64,000 nt of DNA, taken from Selaginella moellendorffii. Lineage: Eukaryota > Plantae > Lycopodiophyta. The stretch is from NCBI RefSeq assembly GCF_000143415.4, contig NW_003314292.1, positions 250,825 through 314,824 on the forward strand. Reading direction: 5' to 3'. Below are positions 45,430 to 58,602 of this stretch, piece after piece (within the stretch, counting starts at the first letter, position 1; every line of letters begins with the position of its first letter). A program made the position numbers and the translations under genes. Below the pieces are notes generated by a model. That model saw only the letters and a program-made list of their open reading frames with translations. It was not told the DNA's origin and made no database searches.

Positions 45430-46202
45430 TCGACTATGTTAGAAAGAATGCTGTAATGAGGAGCTGAAGTATGAAGAATGATTTTGCCAATGGAATGGTC
45501 TGGTTTATATAGGGGTAATTTGAAGACTGCGTCATACAGTGTTTACACGATCTCTTGTTTGTTAAAGTATTTTCTAATGCAAGAACTTGTTTACAACTAG
45601 AACATGCTATTTGAATAGACTCGCACCAGCAGTGGGCTAGAGATCGTCACAGCTAGCACATTCGATTGTCCCCCCATTCCTGTATCAGGTACTTCGATTT
45701 TCTTACTTCCACACTGTTCGCTGTCCGTGAATTTTCGGAGTACACAATAAGCTGTCTACAGGCTCTTAAATTCCACCGATTTAATGCTGAGCCATCCTTT
45801 GCATTTAACAAGTTACGGGATTCATCTACAGACGATCGCTCTCGCATAAACAGTTCGATAAGAAAAAGAAAGAAATCAAGAAACTCAAATAAGATTGTTT
45901 CTTCTAGCCTTTCTACGTGCTTCATTTCAGGCTGGAAGAACGCTCGAACTTGCCGTGGGTGTTCCTAGGAATACGTTTGCGCACGCCAATTTTCTAGTGT
46001 TTTAGTAGAGCGTTTAGGGAGGATGCCGGTAATCTCTCTCCTTTCTCTCTGTGTTTTCGTTTACACACAATCTTTTGCTCAAAAAATGTGTTTCCAAGAA
46101 ACCGGGATTACGAAGCAGTCAAAGATAACCGGTAAAAGGTTAAAAGTAAAGAATATAAAAGGTGGTAGCCCTAGAACGCGTGGGAAAATTTTCTCTATCG
46201 CA

Positions 46203-47181
46203 TCAGTTATTGGCCAAGACCAAAAAGCCCAAGGACACGTACAAGAGGAACACCGGATAGATGGCCAGAGCCTTCCGGCTACCCGGCACAGCGGAGCTCA
46301 TGAAAGGATACACCGCCCAGGAGCTCCACGCCACCGTGACGAGCACCACCACGCTTCTAAACAGCTTGTTGTCTCGGACCATGCAAATCGCCGCTCCAAC
46401 AGCCAGCGGGAAGAGGCAGTAGCCCAGCACGCTCAAGCTCTGGAAGAAGATGATGCTGCCACCCTGCAAATCCATCGAGGGATCCATCACTCGGTCACTG
46501 GAGCTCGAAAACAATGGAGAGAACTTACCAGCAAGACTACGTTCACTGTGAGAACCACCGCTCCGGCCGAGAGAACCGCGAAGACGGTCGCGAAAACTTT
46601 GGCCTGGAACACGAGAGAAAAGATCACAAGATCATTTTGGATCGAGAGGAAAGAAACTGCGAAAATCTTACCCGATCCGCGGAGGCCGAGTAGGAGAGAA
46701 CGGTTGCGAGGAAGATGATGAAGAAGAATGGCCCCCAGAGATCCCAATCCTTCAGCGCCTTGCCAGCGTCCTTGCGGTATGGATTTGGAAACACCACATT
46801 CTTGAGGTTCTCAAACACCTGGTTGATATCGCGCTTGAGCGTCTCCCACACTGGCTCCGTGAGAGTGTCATAGCCGGGGCCGCCCCCAAATCCCGTCATC
46901 ATCGCTGGAGAGGTCTCGGAGGAAGAGGAGGCATCGAGATTGGCCGCTGGATATGACGGAGGAGGAGGAGGCGGAGGAGGAGGAGGAGGAGGAGCTCCTT
47001 TGGATTTCGCTGCCGATGCCACCGGCGTGACTGGAATTGTGGCGCGCGGCGGGCTGGGCGGCCTCCTGGAGCTGGAATCTACCGGCGCCGCGGGCTGGAC
47101 ACTTATCTGGAAGAGATTCTCGATCTCGTCGATGTCGGACTGCGACGACGCGTGGAGCGGGATCTTCTCGATGTCGGCCAT
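46203..47181 (-). CDS. Yip1-domain protein (YIPF6-like), 3 exons
   Basis: [11 protein letters not shown]; [14 protein letters not shown]; [12 protein letters not shown]; [20 protein letters not shown]; [13 protein letters not shown]. Confidence 0.93.
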
Positions 47182-47294
47182 GATCCAGCTCCCGCAGATC
47201 TAGATCGATCGATTGGTATCGCGCGCGCTAGGGCTTAAGAATCCAAAGAAGAACCCTAATTCCTGAAGACTTTAATAAAAGGAGATTACATAGT

Positions 47295-48710
47295 CTAGTC
47301 GCAAAGAAGGCTTTGTTTGCTTTGATCGTTCTCACATTTTCCATTGGTCAAATGCTCGTCGATCGCCACCACTGGCTCAGGGATCTCGTCGCCCATTTCT
47401 TTGAGCGCTTTGAGCTTTCGATAGCCAATATCCGTGCCAAAAATCCTGCCAAAAAGAGATCGTAGATCACACCACTCTCGAGAGAAAGAAAACGAAGATC
47501 TTAGAGCGCGTACCAATCCATGTAAGTAAATGTCGAGGAGTAGTTTCCGGACTTGGTGTAGAGAAGCCTGTGGTGGTAGTCGTGAAACTCCGCGCTGCGA
47601 GAGAGCTCACAGTAAGATCGCACAAAGAAAGGAAAATGGAGCTGCGTGATCTTACCCGCCATAGAGAGGAAGAAACTTGGAGGGGCTCCAGGGGAAATCA
47701 TAGCCGCAGTGTGCTTCAATGGTCTCCAAAACGCGAAGGCTAATCCAGAGCCAGAGCGTGAAGAGATGAGGGCCTGTTATAGCTGGTCCGAAAATCGTTG
47801 CAAAGCCCAGGAACAGGATCTCTGCGGGATGAGCGTACTCCGACGTGAGACCGAATGGAGTAGCATATCTATCAAGAACAGGAAAAGAGATGGTAAGTCA
47901 AAAACCGGAGGAGCAAACTTACTCATGATGAACACAGTGGACATGCTTGTACAGCCACTTGGTGTGAAGAACTCGGTGGCCCCAGTAGAAGATAAAGTCC
48001 TCAAGGATGAAGTAGGAGAGGATCTGGAACACGACCGTCTTCCTGCAGCAACAGGAAGTCAATCCTTTTGTTTCATTTCTTTTTGACGCGAAGAAAAGTA
48101 AAAAAAAACACGAGAAACTTTGCTATCACATACCGGTTCTTACCATGAAGGCAAAGGCAGCTTGCTTGTAAAGCCCATGTACTTGAAAATTGGATACGAG
48201 GCTCCCATCAGCGGAAGATTCACGCAAGTGTGATAGAAGAGCAGCCTCACAAGGCATTTCACTTGCGCGGCGTAAGTGTTGACTTTGTTCTACAAGACAA
48301 AAATCTTTGTCAATGAAGAATCCTTCCTAGAGATGAATCCACGCTATAGAAAATGACGTCAGTTAAAACTTGTTCTATAGTTCTAAAGCATGTTTAAAAA
48401 GAAAAACTCTCGAGAGTAAACACAAAAGGAGGAATAGCGAACCTGGATCTTATACTTTCGCAGGCCAGCAATCTCCATGAAGAGATAGGGCAGGCCAAAG
48501 GAGAAGAAGACGAATTCGTGAAGAACAAAGCTCCCAATGGTGACAAGCTGGAGTTCGCTATAGTTGTCGATTAAGTACTGGAGCAACAACAAGAGAGATC
48601 TCGCATCAGATTTCGCGAACTCCAAGCGCCTACATTGGAATGGCATGCAATCCGGAAGGAAAAGAAGATACCTGCCAAGCGGATTCCAGCCAAGAAGACG
48701 GTGCCGCCAT
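47295..48710 (-). CDS. SMO2: Sterol 4-alpha-methyl oxidase (SMO2 type)
   Basis: MAAPSSWLESAWQ|YLIDNYSELQL...VLHEFVFF; EDFIFYWGHRVLHTKWLYKHVHSVHHE; YAHPAE; EAHCGYDFPWSP; FHDYHHRLLYTKSGNYSSTFTYMDW|IFGTD. Confidence 0.95.
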
Positions 48711-48974
48711 CGCTCTTTCCAGCGCTCGTCCGTCACACAGTGGTTTCCTCAAGAGAATTCCTCGCAGAGGCGCTCCATCGCGCACAGATCCAGGGAGAAC
48801 GCGCAGAGATCTCTCGCAAACCCTAACAATCACGGCACACAAAGATCATCCATCCTTCGCTTTGTGTCCCGGATGCCACGTGGGCAGACAATTAAAAAAT
48901 AGGCATCTTGGGGGAATCTCGCCCGTGAGCGCTGCCACGTGGCAAAACGAAAATCAGTGGCGGGAGAGAGCGCT
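48711..48974. promoter_or_regulatory. Bidirectional promoter with two G-boxes
   Basis: CACGTG at 48877-48882 and palindromic TGCCACGTGGCA at 48933-48944, between SMO2 and the monooxygenase. Confidence 0.6.
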
Positions 48975-50826
48975 ATGGCGAATGCGATGGCTATGGCGGC
49001 CCAGATTCCATCGCCTTCGTCTCCTTTCCTCCGTAGCGCTGGCGCTGGCGCTAGGGTTTCGTCTTTCTCCTCCGGGGGTGCCGCATCGCTGTCATGTCGA
49101 TCGAGATCTTCTTTCACGCGGAGATCGATTCGTGTCAGTGTTAGCGGCGCCGCCGCCGATCGACCGGCGGAGGATGCCAGCGGCGCAGGGCAATCCGTGA
49201 ATGAGGTACACATGATCGTCATCGTTGGCGCAGGGATTGCTGGATTGGCAGCGGCTTTGGCCTTCCAAAGGTACTTTAAATTCTTTCTGTCGTGCGTCTT
49301 TGTTTCTAGCGCCCCATGCGATGCCTCTCATACTTTTCCAGCTCTTTTGTGCCAGGCTTGGGCTGCAAACTCTTGTTCTCGAGAAAGCTAGCGATTTAAG
49401 AGCTGGTGGAGCAGCTTTAACGATTTGGAGGAACGCTTGGCGAGCTCTTGACGTACTCGGAGTTGGCGAAGAATTGCGTAACCAATACTATCTCCTTGCT
49501 GGGTAATGATCTTGGTTTCTTCTTCATTGGAGGAACTTGTTCTAGCTATCAGCTCACAGAAACCTTTTCGCTACTTTTTTCTTTCGTCGCAGTTCCCACG
49601 TCGTGTCTCTTCAAGGCAAAGTGATCCACCAGCTAAGCTTTGGGAATTGCTCGAGGGGCGGGTGAGTTTTCCTGACTTGTAAGTGTTGCTCGTGCCTGGC
49701 TTTGCGAATCTGTGCAGAGGTTGTCTCATCACTTTCAAATTTTTTCTGGCTTGCCAGGCTGAACGAGGTCCGAGCGATCGAAAGGAGTGCGCTGCTAGAA
49801 GCACTGGCAAAGCCGTTGCCTGCCGGAACCATTCGATTTAAGTCCAAAGTTGTCAATGTACGTAAAGGCACCAAGAAAACTTACAACGAAGTCGAGCTCG
49901 AGGATGGAACTATTATTGCCAGTAAGGTAAGGTGTCGATTCCATCCAATTTTTTCCAGTGGGATTCTTAGAAGTTAAAGTTGATCCAGGTTCTTGTAGGA
50001 TGTGACGGCGTCAGGTCGGAAGTTGCAAAGTCCTTGGGTGTCAAGGAACCAAGTTTTGTAGGACAGTGTGCAATACGCGGCGTTGCCGACTATCCAGCGG
50101 GACACGATTACGGTTCAATGCTGCTACAGTTTCTGGGGCGAGGAAGTCGAGCAGGCGTCGTTCCAATCTCTTCGACCAAAGTTTACTGGTTCGTGTGTTT
50201 CAAGTCTTCATCAGCAGGTACGTTGTAGTTTTGAGACACCGTTTCGTAAGTTCTGAGATTCTATTCTTCCAGTTGTGCGAAAGGTGGAGCCAGAAGTGTT
50301 GAAACAAGAAGCTCTCGAGCACCTCAAGAGCTGGTGCAAGAAAAACCTCGAGGAGTTCTCCAGCCTCATCGAAAACTCTCCCAATCACACGGTCACTCGG
50401 AGCGCCCTCCGGCACCGATGGTCGCTCCCGCTCGTAAGTCCCTCGCTGGCTGCTGACGGCATAACTCTGGCAGGAGACGCGCTCCATCCCATCACTCCAA
50501 ACCTGGGCCAAGGCGGCTGCCTCGCCTTGGAAGACGGTGTCATCCTCGCTCGAGAGCTCTACAACGCAGTGTTTGCGAGGAAAAGCATGAACGCCGAGGA
50601 CATGGACACCAACATCAAGTGTGCTCTGGATGCTTACGCCAAGCAGCGATGGTATCGCTTCTTCCCACTCACAGTTAAGTCGTTCTTCATTGGATTTCTT
50701 TCGATGCTCGAGCTCTGGCCTGTGATCTACGCTCGCGACTCATTTGGTGTCAAGGTTGCTCTACAGCCAGACAGGTTTCTAAAGCACACTCTATATGACT
50801 GTGGAGAGCTACCGATTCCAAGCTAA
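48975..50826 (+). CDS. Plastid-targeted FAD-dependent monooxygenase (MO/CTF2-like, group A flavin hydroxylase)
   Basis: Transit peptide; IVIVGAGIAGLAAA; VLVGCDGVRS; LAGDALHPITPNLGQGGCLALEDG; YDCGEL. Confidence 0.92.
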
Positions 50827-51694
50827 AATCAATAAACTATCGTCGCAAATGCTTAGTGACAATAGCTCGTGAACTCTTGTCGCAAATGCGTAGTGACAAT
50901 AGCTGTGACAATAGATTAATGAAACTATTGTCGCAAATTTGGTACGAAAAGGATTTCCTTTTCCTGCCACTTGTCATTCTGACGTGGGAATCTCAACAAA
51001 AAAAGGAAGAGATTATGACATGGGGAGTGGGCGATTATGACAAGTGGTGGTGTTTGGGGCCGTTGGATTCGGGCCCGTCAGGTGAAGTGTGGTGCTGGCC
51101 CGTGAGCTGCCCGTCAAAATTCCCGTGTCTGAATTGAATGGAGATCGATACAACGAGGAGCGAGTGATCCGATGATCCATTGTGTCTGTGGTTGCGAGGT
51201 CGGCCATAGCGATGCCGGAATCGCGACGATCGCACGGAGAGCGAGCTCTAGACGAGCGATTTCTTGGATGCTAAGCTAATCGAGCTCCAAAATAGGGCAA
51301 AGGAGCTCCAGATCTTACTTAAAAGGAGTGCTGCGGCTATGGTGGAAGGATCGCGCAGCTAGGGTTTACGCGGCAGAGGTAGCGCCAAGCTTTCGGCTAG
51401 GGTCTGTTTTCTTGGTGATTCCCTGGCGTTGGAGGGGAAATGCGGCCATCTGGAACAGCCGATGCCTTCTTTCCAGCCGCGGCGATGGCTGGGATCCGCG
51501 TATCGGCTCCTGCATTGCGCTCTTCTTGATCGATCCGGGCAGTTTATTTAAGCTGCGCGATTCATGTGTCTCCTGGACCGATTCTTCGCCACAGTGCTCT
51601 CCCGGCCGCGAATTCGTCGTCAGCTGGATCGGATTGAGTGGAAGAAGAGGTCGTCGGCGTCGTCAATAGCGAGGAGGAGGATTGGGGCTTGGCA

Positions 51695-53688
51695 ATGCTC
51701 AAGGGGATTGCCGTGACATGCAGGGATCTGAATGGAAGGAGGAGCGCCGAATCTGGCCAGATGAGGCCGCCGGCTGATCATCACAAGGCTGGGAAGCTGA
51801 GGTTTCCGATGCTACCGAGATCACGTATCAATGTGTGGCTACTGCGAGCGAGCACTAGCATCCTGCTGTGGACGTGTATCATCCAGCTCACTGCTCTGGG
51901 CGAGCTATGGCGTCCTCGATTGCTTGGGGGGCGATCGTCTTGCAACGAGCAGAAGGAGAGCGTGTCACCCATTGTTCCAATCTATCCGCCACAGAGTGAG
52001 TGTTTCCTCTTCCTTGTTTCTTTTTTCTTTCTTGATCTTGCTTATAGTCTTGTGCTCTTTGTGCTTCCAGGAATATATAAAAACAATGGCTACCTGATGG
52101 TTTCTTGCAATGGAGGACTTAATCAAATGCGAGCTGCTGTAGGTGGAGATTGATTCTATGCGTTTTATTTTTCTCTATCGTTTTTGTTCTCATTGTGAGC
52201 TTATTCGTGTTCTTCTTGCTGATGTAGATCTGTGACATGGTCACGATTGCCAGGCGCTTGAACGTGACTTTGGTGGTTCCGGAGCTTGACAAAACGTCGT
52301 TTTGGGCCGATCCCAGGTGGCTATAGAATTCTAGTTCAAGTTGGCGCTGATTAAACAATTGCTTGTCTCTCTCTTGCAGCAATTTTGATGACATTTTTGA
52401 CGTAGACAATTTCATCTTCTCGCTGAGGGATCAAGTCAAGATCGTAAAAAAGCTTCCGTCTAAATTCGATCGTTTAGTAGAGAATAAGAGCATTTTCACG
52501 CTTGCGCCGATTAGCTGGTCAAATGAGACGTACTACGATAAGCAGGTCTCGATTTCCTTGCCTGTTTCGTTTGTTTTCTTGACTGATCACTTTTTTGTCC
52601 CTGGCGCAGATCCTTCCTTTAGTTCGTAAGCAAAAGGTTATTCGCTTGAACCGAACTGATGCTCGTCTAGCAAACAATGGGCTTCCCTCGGACATGCAAT
52701 TGCTGAGATGCAGAGTCAATTATCACGCTCTTCGATTCACACCCAAAATCATGGCACTCGGGCAAAAGCTAGTCAAGATTCTACGATCAAAGGGACCTTT
52801 CCTGGTTCTCCACTTGAGATATGAGATGGATATGCTCGCATTTTCCGGTTGCACGCACGGATGCACGAACTCTGAAGCGGAGGAACTTACTACAATGAGG
52901 TGATGCATTCTTATCTTGAAAGTTCATACGGCGCTCATATTATTCTGGTTCACAGGTATGCATTTCCGTGGTGGAAAGAAAAGGTCATAAACTCGGAGCA
53001 AAAACGAAAAGACGGGCTTTGTCCACTGACTCCGGAAGAGACCGCATTGGTTTTGCGAGCTCTGGGATACAGCAACAGCACGCAACTTTATATTGCTGCT
53101 GGGGAGATTTACGGCAGCCAACGGAGGATGCTGGCCTTACAAGCAGCCTTCCCAAACATTGTGAGTCCCTCGTTAAAGTATTGGTTCTCTGCTCACAGTG
53201 TGTGACTTGCGCTCCAGGTTCGCAAGGAGATGCTATTGACTCCGGCCGAGCTCAGGCCGTTTTACAACCATTCCTCGCAAATGGCAGCGCTGGATTATCT
53301 CGTCTCACTGGAGAGCGATGTTTTCGTCCCTACGTACGATGGAAACATGGCCAAAGTTGCCGAAGGACACCGGAGGTAACTTCTTTTTCTCTGGAAACCT
53401 CTGAGGATTCACAGCCAAGGAGTTGGCTCGTTTTGCAGGTATCTTGGATTCCGCAAGACTGTGCAGCTGGATCGCAAAGTTATAATCGACCTGGTGGATC
53501 AGCTGAGAGATGGTGCCATCTCCTGGGATGAATTCTCCATCGCCATCAAACAAGCTCATAAGTTCCGGATGGGAATGCCGAAGAGACGACGAGTTTTTCC
53601 AGACAGACCGAAAGAAGAGGACTACTTTTACTCCAATCCTCACGAGTGTCTCTGCAAGCCTTCATCGGATTTGAGCGCCACCGATTGA
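51695..53688 (+). CDS. GT106 / O-fucosyltransferase family protein, RG-I rhamnosyltransferase (RRT)-like
   Basis: [18 protein letters not shown]; [21 protein letters not shown]; [15 protein letters not shown]; CPLTPEE; MAALDY; [15 protein letters not shown]. Confidence 0.93.
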
Positions 53689-53768
53689 TAACAATTTTTT
53701 TCGCCTATGGTATATTCTTGTATAGTAGGAGTCGAATAAAAGGTGTTCTCAGATTTTCTTTAAATGTT

Positions 53769-54644
53769 ATGGCGCCATTGCTCGTCGCGCTTGGCTATGG
53801 CGCCGGCAAGAATGGCTGCGTTCCGCCGCTGCCGCGCGAGAAATCCTCGCGGCGGAGGCCGCGGATGGTGCTCACGGGGAGGCGCCAGCTTGTATTCTCG
53901 CCGATCGTGCTTCTTGGATTTGCCCCGCCGGTTCTTCTTGCGAGCGAGGGAGATCGGCAGCGGCATTTCGCCGTTGACGAGATCGAGGTCAGTGTTCTTG
54001 CTTGGATTTCCTGGAAATCTTCCCTGAGATTGATGATTCTTTAGCAAATTATCCGCCAAGACATCGAGGACAGGCAGTATTACGTGACTGGTGATCTCAC
54101 CAGGAGCATCTACAGCGACGATTGCCGGTAATCTCTTCGCAATTTCTTTTCTAGCCATTGCTCGCAATCATCCATGCTAAAACTTTTTTAGATTCATCGA
54201 TCCAACTACGAATGTCCAAGGTGTGGATTCCTACGTTGCGGCAGTGAAATCGCTGTTCGATCCGAGCGACTCCAAGCACGAGCTCTTGGAAATCCGCGTG
54301 ACAAGCCCGACCACAATCGAGGCGAAATGGAGGCTCCAAGGGTATGTATAGAACTTTAAAAGCTTTCTTATAATCATTTCCGGATACTTTACTGCTTGGA
54401 TCGCTATCCAGGTCGCTCAAACTTCCTTGGAAACCCCACATTGCAGCTTACGAAGGTAAGAAATCTTTCCTAGATTTTTTCTTGGATTTGCTGCGTTTTT
54501 TTTTGTTTTTTTTTGTTTTGGTTCATTCTAGGAACAACCACATACACCCTCAACGATGATGGTTTCGTTGCATCGCACAAGGAAACATGGGACATCTCAC
54601 TGCTGACGGCATTTATCGAGTTTCTGACGCCTTCTTTCCGTTGA
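53769..54644 (+). CDS. Plastid-targeted DUF2358/SnoaL-like protein
   Basis: Transit peptide; DIEDRQYYVTGDLTPGIY; FIDPTTNVQGV; LKLPWKPHIAAYEGTTTYTLNDDG...HKETWDIS. Confidence 0.8.
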
Positions 54645-54710
54645 TCATAAAAGGCGGTACCTAGGTACTATAAATTTTTGCCCTCAGGGTTAAGGCAACT
54701 ATCCTCTTCG

Positions 54711-57700
54711 ATGGCGAGCGCAAAAGCAAGCGCTTCTTCTTCGTCTTCCACTGGAGCTCAGCCGATGAGGAGGCCGGGTTATGGCCAACAGGGAACGCCT
54801 GTCCGCCTCACCTGTAACCATTTTGCCGTGACGCTCTCTCGAGGAATGGATGTAGCGCAATACAACGTGAGTGTTCTTTCTTTTCCTCTCTCTCTCTCTC
54901 TCTGTGTCTCTCTCTGGCTGCTGACCCAGCATTTTGCAGGTGAAGATATCATATGCTGATGATCCTAACGACAAGGTTCTCGTCGAGAAAGGGGCGAACC
55001 GCCGAGTAATGGACAAGGTCCGGGCCGAGCTTGAAAAAAAACTCATTTTTGACGGAGAGAATACGGCGTACGTGCTCGGCGATCTCTCTTTCGGCGACAA
55101 GGAAATGGAAGTCACGCTCGACAAGGCAATGGGAGCATCTTCCTCGTCTGGGGGCCCCGCGAAAAAGAGAAGAGCGGATGCCAGCTCTTACAAGGTGAGG
55201 ATCAAGTTCTCAACCAAAGTGGACTTGGGCATCCTTATGAGGAAGGAAGATCTTCATTTGTCTCGGGCGCAAGATGCATTGAGGGTCCTTGACGTTCTTG
55301 TTCGCGAACAAGCCGCCAGAAGGTATGAATAGCGTTTCTTCTCGTCAAAGACTATCTCTTGTTTGGCAGGGAGTACGTGTTACTGCGTGAGAGCTACTTT
55401 CATCAGTCCCTTGGTCCAGTAAAAGATGTTGGAGAAGGGGTGGAAAGCTGGAGTGGCTACCACGCTAGCTTCCGACCTTGTTCTCTGGGATTATCACTGA
55501 ACTTGGGTAAGTTGCAAAAGAGTTCTTTTACAATTTCTTAATGCTTGTCAAAGCAGATCCGTCGACAACAATCGTCATCAAGCCCCAGTTGGTGCACGAA
55601 TTTCTTGCGGAGTATTTCGATACATCTCCAGGAAGCATTCGTGCCGATCACTTGACCCGGGTATGTCTGATGACATCGCTTTTCGTCAACTAGTTCTTGA
55701 TATTTGTGCAGGCGAAGAGAGTGCTAAAGGGAATCGTGGTGCAAGTTTACACTAAGACGAGGCACAAAATATTCGGTTTTAGCGATGAACCAGCATCCTC
55801 TCAAAGGTAATCACTGTCCTTAGCTTCTTGATTGGCGTTATGAAGTGCTCGACTTCACAGATTTGAATTGAAAGAGAAAGGAGCCGATGGCACGTTTAGA
55901 CTGAATTCAACGACAGTTCTTCAGTACTATCAAGCTAGATACAACGAAACCTTGCAATTCCCCAACTTGCACTGTGTCAACGTAGGGAAAGCCACGCGAG
56001 CAGTTTATGTACCGATGGAGGTAAACATGGTGTCCATCGATAAGTTTTTTTAAAAGAGATGTTGCAGTTCTGTTCGATTCTGCCTGGACAACGATATAAA
56101 AGAAAGCTGAGCGGGAATCAGATTCGCAGGCACCTTGACCAAGCACGACTGCTGCCGAGTGATCGTGCTAATGTGATCAACTCGGTTCGTTTTACCCAAA
56201 ACAACCAGCGGAATCGAAACCTCACTTTTGGTGGTTACAGGGCATTACGCAACTACTGTCAAATTCAAGCGTGGAATTGCAGTCCCTCAACGTCAAGGTT
56301 GACAGCAAAATGATGTCAGTTCAAGGACGTGTTCTTCCGGCGCCACTGGTTACGACTTGTTTCGCGATGTCATCGTTCTCATGTATGCTTCTGCAGCTCA
56401 AGTTTGGACACCGGGACGTACCAGTCCAGGGTGGGAGGTGGAACTACAACCGCGATGTAAGCCAACGTCGTGCCTGAGCATTATCGTAATTTTCCTGCTA
56501 CAGACCGTCGCCCGAGCTGCCCTTCCTGTCAAGGAGTGGATTGTTGTTTGCTTTAACCGCAAAAAGAATCCTTTCAGCCATCAAGACGTTTCTCGGATTG
56601 CTAACCAGTTGAAGGAATGTTGCGTGCAGAAGGGCATGGTGAGTGAAGACTTTAGTCTGGTCACGAGGCTAAAGCACGGTTTTTCTGTGCAGGCTGTTGA
56701 GAATCCCGGTCTAGTGTTGGTAGAAGATCCAAGCTTTTCTGAGCATCCAGGTTGGGAAAGGGTGGATATGATGGTTGCCAAGATGCGGAAGAATAATCCT
56801 AATCCCGGTCGTCGTCCGGGGTTCGTTCTCTGTCTTCTTCCGAGCAAGGAATCGGATGCCTACGGTACATTTATTTTGTTCACAGCATATCTTGTAACTC
56901 AAACTAGTGTTTGCTTTTGCTGTGCAGCGCCATTCAAACGACTCTTTTTGACGAAAGAAGGAATTCCGAACCAGTGCATAGCACCCCAGAGGAATCCAAA
57001 CAATCAATACCTGACGAACGTCGTTTTGAAGATGAATGCAAAGGTGTGTCTCTGTTTCTTTGTTGCGGCATTTCGGCAAATTAACATCTTTTTTGTTGTT
57101 CAGTTAGGGGGCTACAACACGGTTTTAACTAGTGAATTTAAGAAAGAATTGCCAAAGCTTTCATATGCACAAACCATGATCTTGGGAATGGACGTGTCGC
57201 ATGGATCTCCATTTTCCCACACCCCGTCGGTCGCGGCTGTAAGTTGTGTCGGGATTTGCACCTGCGTCCTTACGTTTTTTTCGGTAAGCAGATGGTTGGC
57301 TCTTTTGACTGGCCAAGGATTACGAGGTACTCCGCTCGCGTGATGGCGCAATCGGCAAAACAGGAAGCGTTCGCCAACATTCCATCGATGCTGGAGTAAT
57401 TCCTTTTTTCCTGATCATTGAGAATCTAATCTCTTTCTTTCGCAGGAGCCTCTTGAAGAACTTTAAGAACTTTCAGGGCGAGAAGGGTTGCTACCCTCAG
57501 CAATTGATTGTGTTCAGGTTCGGTCTCTTATCCCAAACCGTGTGCTAATTATTTGTATGACTTTAAATCAGAGATGGAGTGAGTGAATCCCAGTTTGAGA
57601 GCGTCCTCACCGGGGAACTGCAAGACATCATCAAGGTACTGTCATTTGCCTGATCCTAGCAACGCCGCTCCATGCCATTCTTTCCAGACTTGCGAAGGTC

Positions 57701-58399
57701 TCGGCATCAGGCCGAAGATAACTCTGGTCGTAGCACAGAAAAGGCACCATACCCGTTTCTTGCCGGTGGGGCAGCAGAAAAAGAATGTCGAACCTGGTAC
57801 GTCAACAAACAAGTTTCTGTTCGTGACGCTCGGAAAAACTGCAATTGCAGGGACCGTTGTGGACCGCGACGTCGCACATCCTACGAATTTCGACTTCTTC
57901 CTGTGCAGTCACTTCGGCATGCTCGTAAGCACAGGAACCGTTTCACTGTTCTATAGTAACTGGAAAAGTTTGTTCCAGGGAACAAGCAGGCCGACGCACT
58001 ACATCGTGCTCTACGACGAGATTGGTTTCAGGCCGGACGAGATCCAAATGACCATCAACAATCTGTGCTACACGTAAGTTCCTTGTCAGCAATTTGGAAA
58101 CCTCGAAACTTACACGTGTGTTTTGCTCACGCAGCTACGTCAAGAGCACGACAGCAGTATCAGTGGGTAAGTAGTTTGTCCCAGTTTGCAAACCAGATTT
58201 CCTGATCTCGTTTTCCTCTGTCGCAGTTGCGCCGATCAACTACGCGCATCTGGCCGCGAAGAAAATGAAGAACTTTATGTCGCTGGACGGCTCCGAAACG
58301 GGGTCACTTTCATCCGCCGCTACCAGAGAGTCAGCACCGCCGGTCCCGGTTTTGCCAGAGCTCCAGGGCAACGTCGCCAACACTATGTTCTTCGTCTAG
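54711..58399 (+). CDS. AGO: Argonaute, divergent AGO4/6/9-clade (~20 short introns)
   Basis: RRPGYGQQGTPVRLTCNHF; PAZ YVPME|FCSILPGQRY; GRWNY; LKMNAKLGG; ILGMDVSHGSP; FRDGVSESQF; QKRHHTRF; GTSRPTHY; PINYAHLAA; MFFV*; TATA box at ~54669. Confidence 0.95.
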
Positions 58400-58602
58400 G
58401 AGAGAGGAATCGAAGAGCTCGCGCGCTGCGGTAGAGTTTCTCGTTTTTTTTACTAAAGCATTCCACTGCGAGAGATTATAGCAGGCAAAGCTTGGAATTT
58501 TTCATTCCAAGAGATTTTTTGCGTGGAGAAGTCCACAGCAACATCGGGTTTTACATATTTATATAGAAGGGAAGGTGCGATGAAAAGAATGGCGGCTTTT
58601 CT

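Larger units (their letters stand above)
42438..46090. repeat. Recent tandem segmental duplication (unit ~1.7-2 kb: ~42438-44390 and ~44443-46090)
   Basis: Both units begin aaacttgtaatgctggt...caagtacaacacgtaacaagtttcag and end tttgctcaaaaaatgt; the KP4-like gene and its upstream region are nearly identical in both. Confidence 0.93.

Noticed and set aside
42942-45456. Antisense ORFs (180 and 151 aa) over the KP4-like genes as possible antitoxins
   Set aside because: Non-ATG starts, different 5' ends between copies and no motifs; these are shadow ORFs.
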